Positions 1 to 16,200 are shown, numbered from the stretch's first letter. The stretch is 64,000 nt of DNA from Eledone cirrhosa (GCA_964016885.1 OZ024741.1:24986001-25050000); one strand, 5' to 3'. Translations and numbers: made by a program. The notes: generated by a model not told the origin, from the letters alone.

Positions 1-3000
1 GAAATATGATAATGAAAGGGTTAAAAAACATAGACAGTGTCTTGTATTAGAAATATGGTAATGAAAGGGTTAAACAACATAGACAGTGTCTTTTATTGGA
101 AATATGATAATGAAAGGGTTAAACAACATAGACAGTGTCTTTTATTAGAAATATGGTAATGAAAGGGTTAAACAACATGGACAGTGTCTTTTATTAGAAA
201 TATGGTAATGAAAGGGTTAAACAACATAGACAGTGTCTTTTATTAGAAATATGATAATGAAAGGTTTAAACAACATAGACAGTGTCTTTTATTAGATATA
301 GGGTAATGAAAGGGTTAAACAACATAGACAGTGTCTTTTTTTAGAAATATGGTAATGAAAGGATTAAACAACATAGACAGTGTCTTTTATTAGAAATATG
401 GTAATGAAAGGGTTTAACAACATAAACAGTATCTTTTATTAGAAATGTGGTAATGAAAGGGTTAAACAACATAGACAGTGTCTTTTATTAGAAATATGAT
501 AATGAAACGGTTAAACAACATAGAGAGTGTCTTTTATTAGAAATATGGTAATGAAAGGGTTAAACAACATAGACAGTGTTTTTTATTAGAAATATGGTAA
601 TGAAAGGTTTAAACAACATAGACAGTGTCTTTTATTAGAAATATGGTAATGAAAGCATTAAACAACATAGACAGTGTCTTTTATTAGCAATATGGTAATG
701 AAAGGGTTAAACAACATAGACAGTGTCTTTTATTAGAAATATGGTAATGAAAGGGTTAAACAACATAGACAGTGTCTTTTATTAGAAATATGATAATGAA
801 AGGGTTAAACAACATAGACAGTGTCTTTTATTAGATATAGGGTAATGAAAGGGTTAAACAACATAGACAGTGTCTTTTTTTAGAAATATGGTAATGAAAG
901 GATTAAACAACATAGACAGTGTCTTTTATTAGAAATATGGTAATGAAAGGGTTTAACAACATAAACAGTATCTTTTATTAGAAATGTGGTAATGAAAGGG
1001 TTAAACAACATAGACAGTGTCTTTTATTAGAAATATGATAATGAAACGGTTAAACAACATAGAGAGTGTCTTTTATTAGAAATATGGTAATGAAAGGGTT
1101 AAACAACATAGACAGTGTTTTTTATTAGAAATATGGTAATGAAAGGTTTAAACAACATAGACAGTGTCTTTTATTAGAAATATGGTAATGAAAGCGTTAA
1201 ACAACATAGACAGTGTCTTTTATTAGCAATATGGTAATGAAAGGGTTAAACAACATAGACAGTGTCTTTTATTAGAAATATGGTAATGAAAGGGTTAAAC
1301 AACATAGACAGTGTCTTTTATTAGAAATATGGTAATGCAAGAGTTAAACAACATAGACAGTGTCTTTTATTAGAAATATGGTAATGAAAGGGTTAAACAA
1401 CATAGATAGTGTCTTTCATTAGAAATATGGTAATGAAAGTGTTAAACAACATAGACAGTGTCTTTTGTTAGAAATATGGTAATGAAAGTGTTAAACAACA
1501 TAGACAGTGTCTTTTATTAGAAATGTGGTAATGAAAGTGTTAAACAACATAGACAGTATCTTTTATTAGAAATGTGGTAATGAAAGTGTTAAACAACATA
1601 GACAGTATCTTTTATTAGAAATGTGGTAATGAAAGGGATAAAAAACATAGACAGTGTCTTTTATTAGAAATATGGTAATGAAAGTGTTAAACAACATAGA
1701 CAGTGTCTTTTATTAGAAATATGGTAATGAAAGGGTTAAACAACATAGATAGTGTCTTTCATTAGAAATATGGTAATGAAAGGGTTAAATTACATAGGCA
1801 GTGTCTTCTATTAGAAATATGATAATGAAAGGGTTAAACAACATAGACAGTGTCTTTTATTAGAAATATGGTAATGAAAGTGTTAAACAACATAGACAGT
1901 GTCTTGTATTAGAAATATGGTAATAAAAGTGTTGAACAACATAGACAGTGTCTTTTATTAGAAATATGGTAATGAAAGGGTTAAACAACATAGACAGTGT
2001 CTTTTATTAGAAATATGGTAATGAAAGGGTTAAACAACATAGACAGTGTCTTTTATTAGAAATATGGTAATGAAAGGTTTAAACAACATAGACAGTGTGT
2101 TTTATTAGAAATATGGTAATGAAAGGGTTAAACAACATAGACAGTGTCTTTTATTAGAAATATGGTAATGAAAGGGTTAAACAACATAGACAGTGTCTTT
2201 TATTAGAAATATGGTAATGAAAGATTTAAACAACATAGACAGTGTGTTTTATTAGAAATATGGTAATGAAAGGGTTAAACAACATGGACAGTGTCTTTTA
2301 TTAGAAATATGATAAAGAAAGGGTTAAAAAACATAGACAGTGTCTTGTATTAGAAATATGGTAATGAAAGGGTTAAACAACATAGACAGTGTCTTTTGTT
2401 AGAAATATGGTAATGAAAGTGTTAAACAACATAGACAGTGTCTTTTATTAGAAATGTGGTAATGAAAGTGTTAAACAACATAGACAGTATCTTTTATTAG
2501 AAATGTGGTAATGAAAGTGTTAAACAACATAGACAGTATCTTTTATTAGAAATGTGGTAATGAAAGGGATAAAAAACATAGACAGTGTCTTTTATTAGAA
2601 ATATGGTAATGAAAGTGTTAAACAACATAGACAGTGTCTTTTATTAGAAATATGGTAATGAAAGGGTTAAACAACATAGATAGTGTCTTTCATTAGAAAT
2701 ATGGTAATGAAAGGGTTAAATTACATAGGCAGTGTCTTCTATTAGAAATATGATAATGAAAGGGTTAAACAACATAGACAGTGTCTTTTATTAGAAATAT
2801 GGTAATGAAAGTGTTAAACAACATAGACAGTGTCTTGTATTAGAAATATGGTAATAAAAGTGTTGAACAACATAGACAGTGTCTTTTATTAGAAATATGG
2901 TAATGAAAGGGTTAAACAACATAGACAGTGTCTTTTATTAGAAATATGGTAATGAAAGATTTAAACAACATAGACAGTGTGTTTTATTAGAAATATGGTA

Positions 3001-6000
3001 ATGAAAGGGTTAAACAACATGGACAGTGTCTTTTATTAGAAATATGATAATGAAAGGGTTAAAAAACATAGACAGTGTCTTTTATTAGAAATATGGTAAT
3101 GAAAGTGTTAAACAACATAGACAGTGTCTTTTGTTAGAAATATGGTAATGAAAGTGTTAAACAACATAGACAGTGTCTTTTATTAGAAATGTGGTAATGA
3201 AAGTGTTAAACAATATAGACAGTATCTTTTATTAGAAATGTGGTAATGAAAGTGTTAAACAACATAGACAGTATCTTTTATTAGAAATGTGGTAATGAAA
3301 GGGATTAAAAACATAGACAGTGTCTTTTATTAGAAATATGGTAATGAAAGTGTTAAACAACATAGACAGTGTTTTTTATTAGAAATATGGTAATGAAAGG
3401 GTTAAACAACATAGATAGTGTCTTTCATTAGAAATATGGTAATGAAAGGGTTAAATTACATAGGCAGTGTCTTCTATTAGAAATATGATAATGAAAGGGT
3501 TAAACAACATAGACAGTGTCTTTTATTAGAAATATGGTAATGAAAGTGTTAAACAACATAGACAGTGTCTTGTATTAGAAATATGGTAATAAAAGTGTTG
3601 AACAACATAGACAGTGTCTTTTATTAGAAATATGGTAATGAAAGGGTTAAACAACATAGACAGTGTCTTTTATTAGAAATATGGTAATGAAAGGGTTAAA
3701 CAACATAGACAGTGTCTTTTATTAGAAATATGGTAATGAAAGGTTTAAACAACATAGACAGTGTGTTTTATTAGAAATATGGTAATGAAAGGGTTAAACA
3801 ACATAGACAGTGTCTTTTATTAGAAATATGGTAATGAAAGGGTTAAACAACATAGACAGTGTCTTTTATTAGAAATATGGTAATGAAAGATTTAAACAAC
3901 ATAGACAGTGTGTTTTATTAGAAATATGGTAATGAAAGGGTTAAACAACATGGACAGTGTCTTTTATTAGAAATATGATAATGAAAGGGTTAAAAAACAT
4001 AGACAGTGTCTTGTATTAGAAATATGGTAATGAAAGGGTTAAACAACATAGACAGTGTCTTTTATTGGAAATATGATAATGAAAGGGTTAAACAACATAG
4101 ACAGTGTCTTTTATTAGAAATATGGTAATGAAAGGGTTAAACAACATGGACAGTGTCTTTTATTAGAAATATGGTAATGAAAGGGTTAAACAACATAGAC
4201 AGTGTCTTTTATTAGAAATATGATAATGAAAGGGTTAAACAACATAGACAGTGTCTTTTATTAGATATAGGGTAATGAAAGGGTTAAACAACATAGACAG
4301 TGTCTTTTTTTAGAAATATGGTAATGAAAGGATTAAACAACATAGACAGTGTCTTTTATTAGAAATATGGTAATGAAAGGGTTTAACAACATAAACAGTA
4401 TCTTTTATTAGAAATGTGGTAATGAAAGGGTTAAACAACATAGACAGTGTCTTTTATTAGAAATATGATAATGAAACGGTTAAACAACATAGACAGTGTC
4501 TTTTGTTAGAAATATGATAATGAAAGGGTTAAACAACATAGACAGTGTCTTTTATTAGAAATATGGTAATGAAAGGGTTAAACAACATAGACAGTGTCTT
4601 TTATTAGAAATATGGTAATGAAAGGGTTAAACAACATAGATAGTGTCTTTTATTAGAAATATGGTAATGAAAGGGTTAAACAACATAGACAGTGTCTTTT
4701 ATTAGCAATATGGTAATGAAAGGGTTAAACAACATAGACAGTGTCTTTTATTAGAAATATGGTAATGAAAGTGTTAAACAACATAGACAGTGTCTTTTGT
4801 TAGAAATATGGTAATGAAAGTGTTAAACAACATAGACAGTGTCTTTTATTAGAAATGTGGTAATGAAAGTGTTAAACAATATAGACAGTATCTTTTATTA
4901 GAAATGTGGTAATGAAAGTGTTAAACAACATAGACAGTATCTTTTATTAGAAATGTGGTAATGAAAGGGATAAAAAACATAGACAGTGTCTTTTATTAGA
5001 AATATGGTAATGAAAGTGTTAAACAACATAGACAGTGTTTTTTATTAGAAATATGGTAATGAAAGGGTTAAACAACATAGATAGTGTCTTTCATTAGAAA
5101 TATGGTAATGAAAGGGTTAAATTACATAGGCAGTGTCTTCTATTAGAAATATGATAATGAAAGGGTTAAACAACATAGACAGTGTCTTTTATTAGAAATA
5201 TGGTAATGAAAGTGTTAAACAACATAGACAGTGTCTTGTATTAGAAATATGGTAATAAAAGTGTTGAACAACATAGACAGTGTCTTTTATTAGAAATATG
5301 GTAATGAAAGGGTTAAACAACATAGACAGTGTCTTTTATTAGAAATATGGTAATGAAAGGGTTAAACAACATAGACAGTGTCTTTTATTAGAAATATGGT
5401 AATGAAAGGTTTAAACAACATAGACAGTGTGTTTTATTAGAAATATGGTAATGAAAGGGTTAAACAACATAGACAGTGTCTTTTATTAGAAATATGGTAA
5501 TGAAAGGGTTAAACAACATAGACAGTGTCTTTTATTAGAAATATGGTAATGAAAGATTTAAACAACATAGACAGTGTGTTTTATTAGAAATATGGTAATG
5601 AAAGGGTTAAACAACATGGACAGTGTCTTTTATTAGAAATATGATAATGAAAGGGTTAAAAAACATAGACAGTGTCTTGTATTAGAAATATGGTAATGAA
5701 AGGGTTAAACAACATAGACAGTGTCTTTTATTGGAAATATGATAATGAAAGGGTTAAACAACATAGACAGTGTCTTTTATTAGAAATATGGTAATGAAAG
5801 GGTTAAACAACATGGACAGTGTCTTTTATTAGAAATATGGTAATGAAAGGGTTAAACAACATAGACAGTGTCTTTTATTAGAAATATGATAATGAAAGGG
5901 TTAAACAACATAGACAGTGTCTTTTATTAGATATAGGGTAATGAAAGGGTTAAACAACATAGACAGTGTCTTTTTTTAGAAATATGGTAATGAAAGGATT

Positions 6001-7359
6001 AAACAACATAGACAGTGTCTTTTATTAGAAATATGGTAATGAAAGGGTTTAACAACATAAACAGTATCTTTTATTAGAAATGTGGTAATGAAAGGGTTAA
6101 ACAACATAGACAGTGTCTTTTATTAGAAATATGATAATGAAACGGTTAAACAACATAGACAGTGTCTTTTGTTAGAAATATGATAATGAAAGGGTTAAAC
6201 AACATAGACAGTGTCTTTTATTAGAAATATGGTAATGAAAGGGTTAAACAACATAGACAGTGTCTTTTATTAGAAATATGGTAATGAAAGGGTTAAACAA
6301 CATAGATAGTGTCTTTTATTAGAAATATGGTAATGAAAGGGTTAAACAACATAGACAGTGTCTTTTATTAGCAATATGGTAATGAAAGGGTTAAACAACA
6401 TAGACAGTGTCTTTTATTAGAAATATGGTAATGAAAGGGTTAAACAACATAGACAGTATCTTTTATTAGAAATATGGTAATGAAAGGGTTAAACAACATA
6501 GACAGTGTCTTTTATTAGAAATATGGTAATGAAAGGGTTAAACAACATAGACAGTGTCTTTTATTAGAAATATGGTAATGCAAGAGTTAAACAACATAGA
6601 CAGTGTCTTTTATTAGAAATATGGTAATGAAAGGGTTAAACAACATAGATAGTGTCTTTCATTAGAAATATGGTAATGAAAGGGTTAAATTACATAGGCA
6701 GAGTCTTCTATTAGAAATATCATAATGAAAGGGTTAAACAACATAGACAGTGTCTTTTATTAGAAATATGGTAATGAAAGTGCTAAACAACATAGACAGT
6801 GTCTTTTGTTAGAAATATGGTAATGAAAGTGTTAAACAACATAGACAGTGTCTTTTATTAGAAATGTGGTAATGAAAGTGTTAAACAACATAGACAGTAT
6901 CTTTTATTAGAAATGTGGTAATGAAAGTGTTAAACAACATAGACAGTATCTTTTATTAGAAATGTGGTAATGAAAGGGATAAAAAACATAGACAGTGTCT
7001 TTTATTAGAAATATGGTAATGAAAGTGTTAAACAACATAGACAGTGTCTTTTATTAGAAATATGGTAATGAAAGTGTTAAACAACATAGACAGTGTCTTT
7101 TATTAGAAATGTGGTAATGAAAGTGTTAAACAACATAGACAGTATCTTTTATTAGAAATGTGGTAATGAAAGGGTTAAACAACATAGACAGTGTCTTTTA
7201 TTAGAAATGTGGTAATGAAAGGGTTAAACAACATAGACAGTGTCTTTTATTAGAAATATGGTAATGAAAGGGTTAAACAACATAGACAGTGTCTTTTATT
7301 AGAAATATGGTAATGAAAGGGTTAAACAACATAGACAGTGTCTTTTATTAGAAATATGG

Positions 7360-10300
7360 TAATGAAAGGGTTAAACAACATAGACAGTGTCTTTTATTAG
7401 AAATATGATAATGAAAGGGTTAAACAACATAGACAGTGTCTTTTATTAGAAATATGGTAATGAAAGGGTTAAACAACATAGACAGTGTCTTTTATTAGAA
7501 ATAGGGTAATGAAAGGGTTAAACAACATAGACAGTGTCTTTTATTAGATATAGGGTAATGAAAGTGTTAAACAACATAGACAGTGTCTTTTATTAGAAAT
7601 ATGGTAATGAAAGGGTTAAACAACATAGACAGTGTCTTTTATTAGAAATATGGTAATGAAAGGGTTAAACAACATAGACAGTGTCTTTTATTAGATATAG
7701 GGTAATGAATGTGTTAAACAACATAGACAGTGTCTTTTATTAGAAATATGGTAATGAAAGGGTTAAACCACATAGACAGTGTCTTTTATTAGAAATATGG
7801 TAATGAAAGAGTTAAACAACATAGACAGTGTCTTTTATTAGATATAGGGTAAGGAAAGGGTTAAACAACATAGACAGTGTCTTTTATTAGAAATATGGTA
7901 ATGAAAGGGTTAAACAACATAGACAGTGTCTTTTATTAGAAATATGGTAATGAAAGGTTTAAACAACATAGACAGTGTCTTTTATTAGAAATATGGTAAT
8001 GAAAGGGTTAAACAACATAGACAGTGTCTTTTATTAGAAATATTGTAATGAAAGGGTTAAACAACATAGACAGTGTGTTTTGTTAGACATATGGTAATGA
8101 AAGGGTTAAACAACATAGACAGTGTCTTTTATTAGATATAGGGTAATGAAAGTGTTAAACAACATAGACAGTGTCTTTTATTAGAAATATGGTAATGAAA
8201 GGGTTAAACAACATAGACAGTGTCTTTTATTAGAAATATGGTAATGAAAGGGTTAAACAACATAGACAGTGTCTTTTATTAGAAATATGGTAATGAAAGG
8301 GTTAAACAACATAGACAGTGTCTTTTATTAAATATAGGGTAATGAAAGTGTTAAAAAACATAGACAGTGTCTTTTATTAGAAATATAATAATGAAAGGGT
8401 TAAACAACAGAAATATGGTAATGATAGGGTTAAACAACATACACAGTGTCTTTTATTAGAAATATGATAATGAAAGGGTTAAAAAACATAGACAGTGTCT
8501 TGTATTAGACATATGGTAATGAAAGGGTTAAACAACATAGACAGTGTCTTTTATTAGAAATATTGTAATGAAAGGGTTAAACAACATAGACAGTGTCTTT
8601 TATTAGAAATATGGTAATGAAAGTGTTAAACAACATAGACAGTGTCTTTTATTAGAAATACAACATAGACAGTGTCTTTTATTAGAAATATGGTAATGAA
8701 AGGGTTAAACAACATAGACAGTGTCTTTTATTAGAAATAGGGTAATGAAAGGGTTAAACAACATAGACAGTGTCTATTATTAGAAATATGATAATGAAAG
8801 GGTTAAACAACATAGACAGTGTCTTTTATTAGAAATATGATAATGAAAGGGTTAAACAACATAGACAGTGTCTTTTATTAGAAATATGGTAATGAAAGGG
8901 TTAAACAACATAGACAGTGTCTTTTATTAGAAATATGGTAATGAAAGGGTTAAACAACATAGATAGTGTCTTTTATTAGAAATATGGTAATGAAAGGGTT
9001 AAACAACATAGACAGTGTCTTTTATTAGCAATATGGTAATGAAAGGGTTAAACAACATAGACAGTGTCTTTTATTAGAAATGTGGTAATGAAAGTGTTAA
9101 ACAACATAGACAGTATCTTTTATTAGAAATGTGGTAATGAAAGGGTTAAACAACATAGACAGTGTCTTTTATTAGAAATGTGGTAATGAAAGGGGTAAAC
9201 AACATAGACAGTGTCTTTTATTAGAAATATGATAATGAAAGGGTTAAACAACATAGACAGTGTCTTTTATTAGAAATATGGTAATGAAAGGGTTAAACAA
9301 CATAGACAGTGTCTTTTATTAGAAATATGGTAATGAAAGGGTTAAACAACATAGACAGTGTCTTTTATTAGAAATATGATAATGAAAGGGTTAAACAACA
9401 TAGACAGTGTCTTTTATTAGAAATATGGTAATGAAAGGGTTAAACAACATAGACAGTGTCTTTTATTAGAAATAGGGTAATGAAAGGGTTAAACAACATA
9501 GACAGTGTCTTTTATTAGAAATATGATAATGAAAGGGTTAAACAACATAGACAGTGACTTTTATTAGAAATATGATAATGAAAGGGTTAAACAACATAGA
9601 CAGTGTCTTTTATTAGAAATATGGTAATGAAAGGGTTAAACAACATAGACAGTGTCTTTTATTAGAAATATGGTAATGAAAGGGTTAAACAACATAGATA
9701 GTGTCTTTTATTAGAAATATGGTAATGAAAGGGTTAAACAACATAGACAGTGTCTTTTATTAGAAATATGGTAATGAAAGGGTTAAACAACATAGACAGT
9801 GTCTTTTATTAGAAATATGGTAATGAAAGGGTTAAACAACATAGACAGTATCTTTTATTAGAAATATGGTAATGAAAGGGTTAAACAACATAGACAGTGT
9901 CTTTTATTAGAAATATGGTAATGAAAGGGTCAAACAACATAGAGAGTGTCTTTTATTAGAAATATGGTAATGCAAGAGTTAAACAACATAGACAGTGTCT
10001 TTTATTAGAAATATGGTAATGAAAGGGTTAAACAACATAGATAGTGTCTTTCATTAGAAATATGGTAATGAAAGGGTTAAATTACATAGGCAGTGTCTTC
10101 TATTAGAAATATGATAATGAAAGGGTTAAACAACATAGACAGTGTCTTTTATTAGAAATATGGTAATGAAAGTGTTAAACAACATAGACAGTGTCTTTTA
10201 TTAGAAATATGGTAATGAAAGTGTTAAACAACATAGACAGTGTCTTTTATTAGAAATGTGGTAATGAAAGTGTTAAACAACATAGACAGTATCTTTTATT

Positions 10301-13300
10301 AGAAATGTGGTAATGAAAGGGTTAAACAACATAGACAGTGTGTTTTATTAGAAATATGGTAATGAAAGGGTTAAACAACATAGACAGTGTCTTTTATTAG
10401 AAATATGGTAATGAAAGGGTTAAACAACATAGATAGTGTCTTTCATTAGAAATATGGTAATGAAAGGGTTAAATTACATAGGCAGTGTCTTCTATTAGAA
10501 ATATGATAATGAAAGGGTTAAACAACATAGACAGTGTCTTTTATTAGAAATATGGTAATGAAAGTGTTAAACAACATAGACAGTGTCTTTTATTAGAAAT
10601 ATGGTAATGAAAGTGTTAAACAACATAGACAGTGTCTTTTATTAGAAATGTGGTAATGAAAGTGTTAAACAACATAGACAGTATCTTTTATTAGAAATGT
10701 GGTACTGAAAGGGTTAAACAACATAGACAGTGTCTTTTATTAGAAATATGGTAATGAAAGGGTTAAACAACATAGACAGTGTCTTTTATTAGAAATATGG
10801 TAATGAAAGGGTTAAACAACATAGACAATGTCTTTTATTAGAAATATGGTAATGAAAGGGTTAAACAACATAGACAGTGTCTTTTATTAGAAATATGGTA
10901 ATGAAAGGGTTAAACAACATAGACAGTGTCTTTTATTGGAAATATGATAATGAAAGGGTTAAACAACATAGACAGTGTCTTTTATTAGAAATATGGTAAT
11001 GAAAGGGTTAAACAACATGGACAGTGTCTTTTATTAGAAATATGGTAATGAAAGGGTTAAACAACATAGACAGTGTCTTTTATTAGAAATATGATAATGA
11101 AACGGTTAAACAACATAGAGAGTGTCTTTTATTAGAAATATGGTAATGAAAGGGTTAAACAACATAGACAGTGTTTTTTATTAGAAATATGGTAATGAAA
11201 GGTTTAAACAACATAGACAGTGTCTTTTTTTAGAAATATGGTAATGAAAGGGTTAAACAACATAGACAGTGTCTTTTATTAGAAATATGGTAATGAAAGG
11301 GTTAAACAACATAGACAGTGTCTTTTATTAGAAATATGATAATGAAAGGTTTAAACAACATAGAGAGTGTCTTTTATTAGATATAGGGTAATGAATGTGT
11401 TAAACAACATAGACAGTGTCTTTCATTAGAAATATGGTAATGAAAGGGTTAAATTACATAGGCAGTGTCTTCTATTAGAAATATGATAATGAAAGGGTTA
11501 AACAACATAGACAGTGTCTTTTATTAGAAATATGGTAATGAAAGTGTTAAACAACATAGACAGTGTCTTTTATTAGAAATATGGTAATGAAAGTGTTAAA
11601 CAACATAGACAGTGTCTTTTATTAGAAATGTGGTAATGAAAGTGTTAAACAACATAGACAGTATCTTTTATTAGAAATATGGTAATGAAAGTGTTAAACA
11701 ACATAGACAGTGTCTTTTATTAGAAATGTGGTAATGAAAGTGTTAAACAACATAGACAGTATCTTTTATTAGAAATGTGATAATGAAAGGGTTAAACAAC
11801 ATAGACAGTGTCTTTTATTAGAAATATGATAATGAAAGGGTTAAACAACATAGACAGTGTCTTTTATTAGAAATATGGTAATGAAAGGGTTAAACAACAT
11901 AGACAGTGTCTTTTATTAGAAATAGGGTAATGAAAGGGTTAAACAACATAGACAGTGTCTTTTATTAGATATAGGGTAATGAAAGTGTTAAACAACATAG
12001 ACAGTGTCTTTTATTAGAAATATGGTAATGAAAGGGTTAAACAACATAGACAGTGTCTTTTATTAGAAATATGGTAATGAAAGGGTTAAACAACATAGAC
12101 AGTGTCTTTTATTAGATATAGGGTAATGAATGTGTTAAACAACATAGACAGTGTCTTTTATTAGAAATATGGTAATGAAAGGGTTAAACAACATAGACAG
12201 TGTCTTTTATTAGAAATATGGTAATGAAAGAGTTAAACAACATAGACAGTGTCTTTTATTAGATATAGGGTAAGGAAAGGGTTAAACAACATAGACAGTG
12301 TCTTTTATTAGAAATATGGTAATGAAAGGGTTAAACAACATAGACAGTGTCTTTTATTAGAAATATGGTAATGAAAGGTTTAAACAACATAGACAGTGTC
12401 TTTTATTAGAAATATGGTAATGAAAGGGTTAAACAACATAGACAGTGTCTTTTATTAGAAATATTGTAATGAAAGGGTTAAACAACATAGACAGTGTGTT
12501 TTGTTAGACATATGGTAATGAAAGGGTTAAACAACATAGACAGTGTCTTTTATTAGATATAGGGTAATGAAAGTGTTAAACAACATAGACAGTGTCTTTT
12601 ATTAGAAATATGGTAATGAAAGGGTTAAACAACATAGACAGTGTCTTTTATTAGAAATATGGTAATGAAAGGGTTAAACAACATAGACAGTGTCTTTTAT
12701 TAGAAATATGGTAATGAAAGGGTTAAACAACATAGACAGTGTCTTTTATTAAATATAGGGTAATGAAAGTGTTAAAAAACATAGACAGTGTCTTTTATTA
12801 GAAATATAATAATGAAAGGGTTAAACAACAGAAATATGGTAATGATAGGGTTAAACAACATACACAGTGTCTTTTATTAGAAATATGATAATGAAAGGGT
12901 TAAAAAACATAGACAGTGTCTTGTATTAGACATATGGTAATGAAAGGGTTAAACAACATAGACAGTGTCTTTTATTAGAAATATTGTAATGAAAGGGTTA
13001 AACAACATAGACAGTGTCTTTTATTAGAAATATGGTAATGAAAGTGTTAAACAACATAGACAGTGTCTTTTATTAGAAATACAACATAGACAGTGTCTTT
13101 TATTAGAAATATGGTAATGAAAGGGTTAAACAACATAGACAGTGTCTTTTATTAGAAATAGGGTAATGAAAGGGTTAAACAACATAGACAGTGTCTATTA
13201 TTAGAAATATGATAATGAAAGGGTTAAACAACATAGACAGTGTCTTTTATTAGAAATATGATAATGAAAGGGTTAAACAACATAGACAGTGTCTTTTATT

Positions 13301-16200
13301 AGAAATATGGTAATGAAAGGGTTAAACAACATAGACAGTGTCTTTTATTAGAAATATGGTAATGAAAGGGTTAAACAACATAGATAGTGTCTTTTATTAG
13401 AAATATGGTAATGAAAGGGTTAAACAACATAGACAGTGTCTTTTATTAGCAATATGGTAATGAAAGGGTTAAACAACATAGACAGTGTCTTTTATTAGAA
13501 ATGTGGTAATGAAAGTGTTAAACAACATAGACAGTATCTTTTATTAGAAATGTGGTAATGAAAGGGTTAAACAACATAGACAGTGTCTTTTATTAGAAAT
13601 GTGGTAATGAAAGGGTTAAACAACATAGACAGTGTCTTTTATTAGAAATATGGTAATGAAAGGGTTAAACAACATAGACAGTGTCTTTTATTAGAAATAT
13701 GGTAATGAAAGGGTTAAACAACATAGACAGTGTCTTTTATTAGAAATATGGTAATGAAAGGGTTAAACAACATAGACAGTGTCTTTTATTAGAAATATGA
13801 TAATGAAAGGGTTAAACAACATAGACAGTGTCTTTTATTAGAAATATGGTAATGAAAGGGTTAAACAACATAGACAGTGTCTTTTATTAGAAATAGGGTA
13901 ATGAAAGGGTTAAACAACATAGACAGTGTCTTTTATTAGAAATATGATAATGAAAGGGTTAAACAACATAGACAGTGACTTTTATTAGAAATATGATAAT
14001 GAAAGGGTTAAACAACATAGACAGTGTCTTTTATTAGAAATATGGTAATGAAAGGGTTAAACAACATAGACAGTGTCTTTTATTAGAAATATGGTAATGA
14101 AAGGGTTAAACAACATAGATAGTGTCTTTTATTAGAAATATGGTAATGAAAGGGTTAAACAACATAGACAGTGTCTTTTATTAGAAATATGGTAATGAAA
14201 GGGTTAAACAACATAGACAGTGTCTTTTATTAGAAATATGGTAATGAAAGGGTTAAACAACATAGACAGTATCTTTTATTAGAAATATGGTAATGAAAGG
14301 GTTAAACAACATAGACAGTGTCTTTTATTAGAAATATGGTAATGAAAGGGTCAAACAACATAGAGAGTGTCTTTTATTAGAAATATGGTAATGCAAGAGT
14401 TAAACAACATAGACAGTGTCTTTTATTAGAAATATGGTAATGAAAGGGTTAAACAACATAGATAGTGTCTTTCATTAGAAATATGGTAATGAAAGGGTTA
14501 AATTACATAGGCAGTGTCTTCTATTAGAAATATGATAATGAAAGGGTTAAACAACATAGACAGTGTCTTTTATTAGAAATATGGTAATGAAAGTGTTAAA
14601 CAACATAGACAGTGTCTTTTATTAGAAATATGGTAATGAAAGTGTTAAACAACATAGACAGTGTCTTTTATTAGAAATGTGGTAATGAAAGTGTTAAACA
14701 ACATAGACAGTATCTTTTATTAGAAATGTGGTAATGAAAGGGTTAAACAACATAGACAGTGTGTTTTATTAGAAATATGGTAATGAAAGGGTTAAACAAC
14801 ATAGACAGTGTCTTTTATTAGAAATATGGTAATGAAAGGGTTAAACAACATAGATAGTGTCTTTCATTAGAAATATGGTAATGAAAGGGTTAAATTACAT
14901 AGGCAGTGTCTTCTATTAGAAATATGATAATGAAAGGGTTAAACAGCATAGACAGTGTCTTTTATTAGAAATATGGTAATGAAAGTGTTAAACAACATAG
15001 ACAGTGTCTTTTATTAGAAATATGGTAATGAAAGTGTTAAACAACATAGACAGTGTCTTTTATTAGAAATGTGGTAATGAAAGTGTTAAACAACATAGAC
15101 AGTATCTTTTATTAGAAATGTGGTAATGAAAGGGTTAAACAACATAGACAGTGTCTTTTATTAGAAATATGGTAATGAAAGGGTTAAACAACATAGACAG
15201 TGTCTTTTATTAGAAATATGGTAATGAAAGGGTTAAACAACATAGACAATGTCTTTTATTAGAAATATGGTAATGAAAGGGTTAAACAACATAGACAGTG
15301 TCTTTTATTAGAAATATGGTAATGAAAGGGTTAAACAACATAGACAGTGTCTTTTATTGGAAATATGATAATGAAAGGGTTAAACAACATAGACAGTGTC
15401 TTTTATTAGAAATATGGTAATGAAAGGGTTAAACAACATGGACAGTGTCTTTTATTAGAAATATGGTAATGAAAGGGTTAAACAACATAGACAGTGTCTT
15501 TTATTAGAAATATGATAATGAAACGGTTAAACAACATAGAGAGTGTCTTTTATTAGAAATATGGTAATGAAAGGGTTAAACAACATAGACAGTGTTTTTT
15601 ATTAGAAATATGGTAATGAAAGGTTTAAACAACATAGACAGTGTCTTTTTTTAGAAATATGGTAATGAAAGGGTTAAACAACATAGACAGTGTCTTTTAT
15701 TAGAAATATGGTAATGAAAGGGTTAAACAACATAGACAGTGTCTTTTATTAGAAATATGATAATGAAAGGTTTAAACAACATAGAGAGTGTCTTTTATTA
15801 GATATAGGGTAATGAATGTGTTAAACAACATAGACAGTGTCTTTCATTAGAAATATGGTAATGAAAGGGTTAAATTACATAGGCAGTGTCTTCTATTAGA
15901 AATATGATAATGAAAGGGTTAAACAACATAGACAGTGTCTTTTATTAGAAATATGGTAATGAAAGTGTTAAACAACATAGACAGTGTCTTTTATTAGAAA
16001 TATGGTAATGAAAGTGTTAAACAACATAGACAGTGTCTTTTATTAGAAATGTGGTAATGAAAGTGTTAAACAACATAGACAGTATCTTTTATTAGAAATA
16101 TGGTAATGAAAGTGTTAAACAACATAGACAGTGTCTTTTATTAGAAATGTGGTAATGAAAGTGTTAAACAACATAGACAGTATCTTTTATTAGAAATGTG
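7360..16200. repeat. Tandem duplication of a 4421-bp satellite block (91 monomers, two shortened by 19 bp)
   Basis: Diagnostic deletions and variants recur at offset 4421 (8410/12831, 8661/13082, 7501/11922, 11381/15802); 91x49-38=4421. Boundaries are approximate. Confidence 0.9.
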
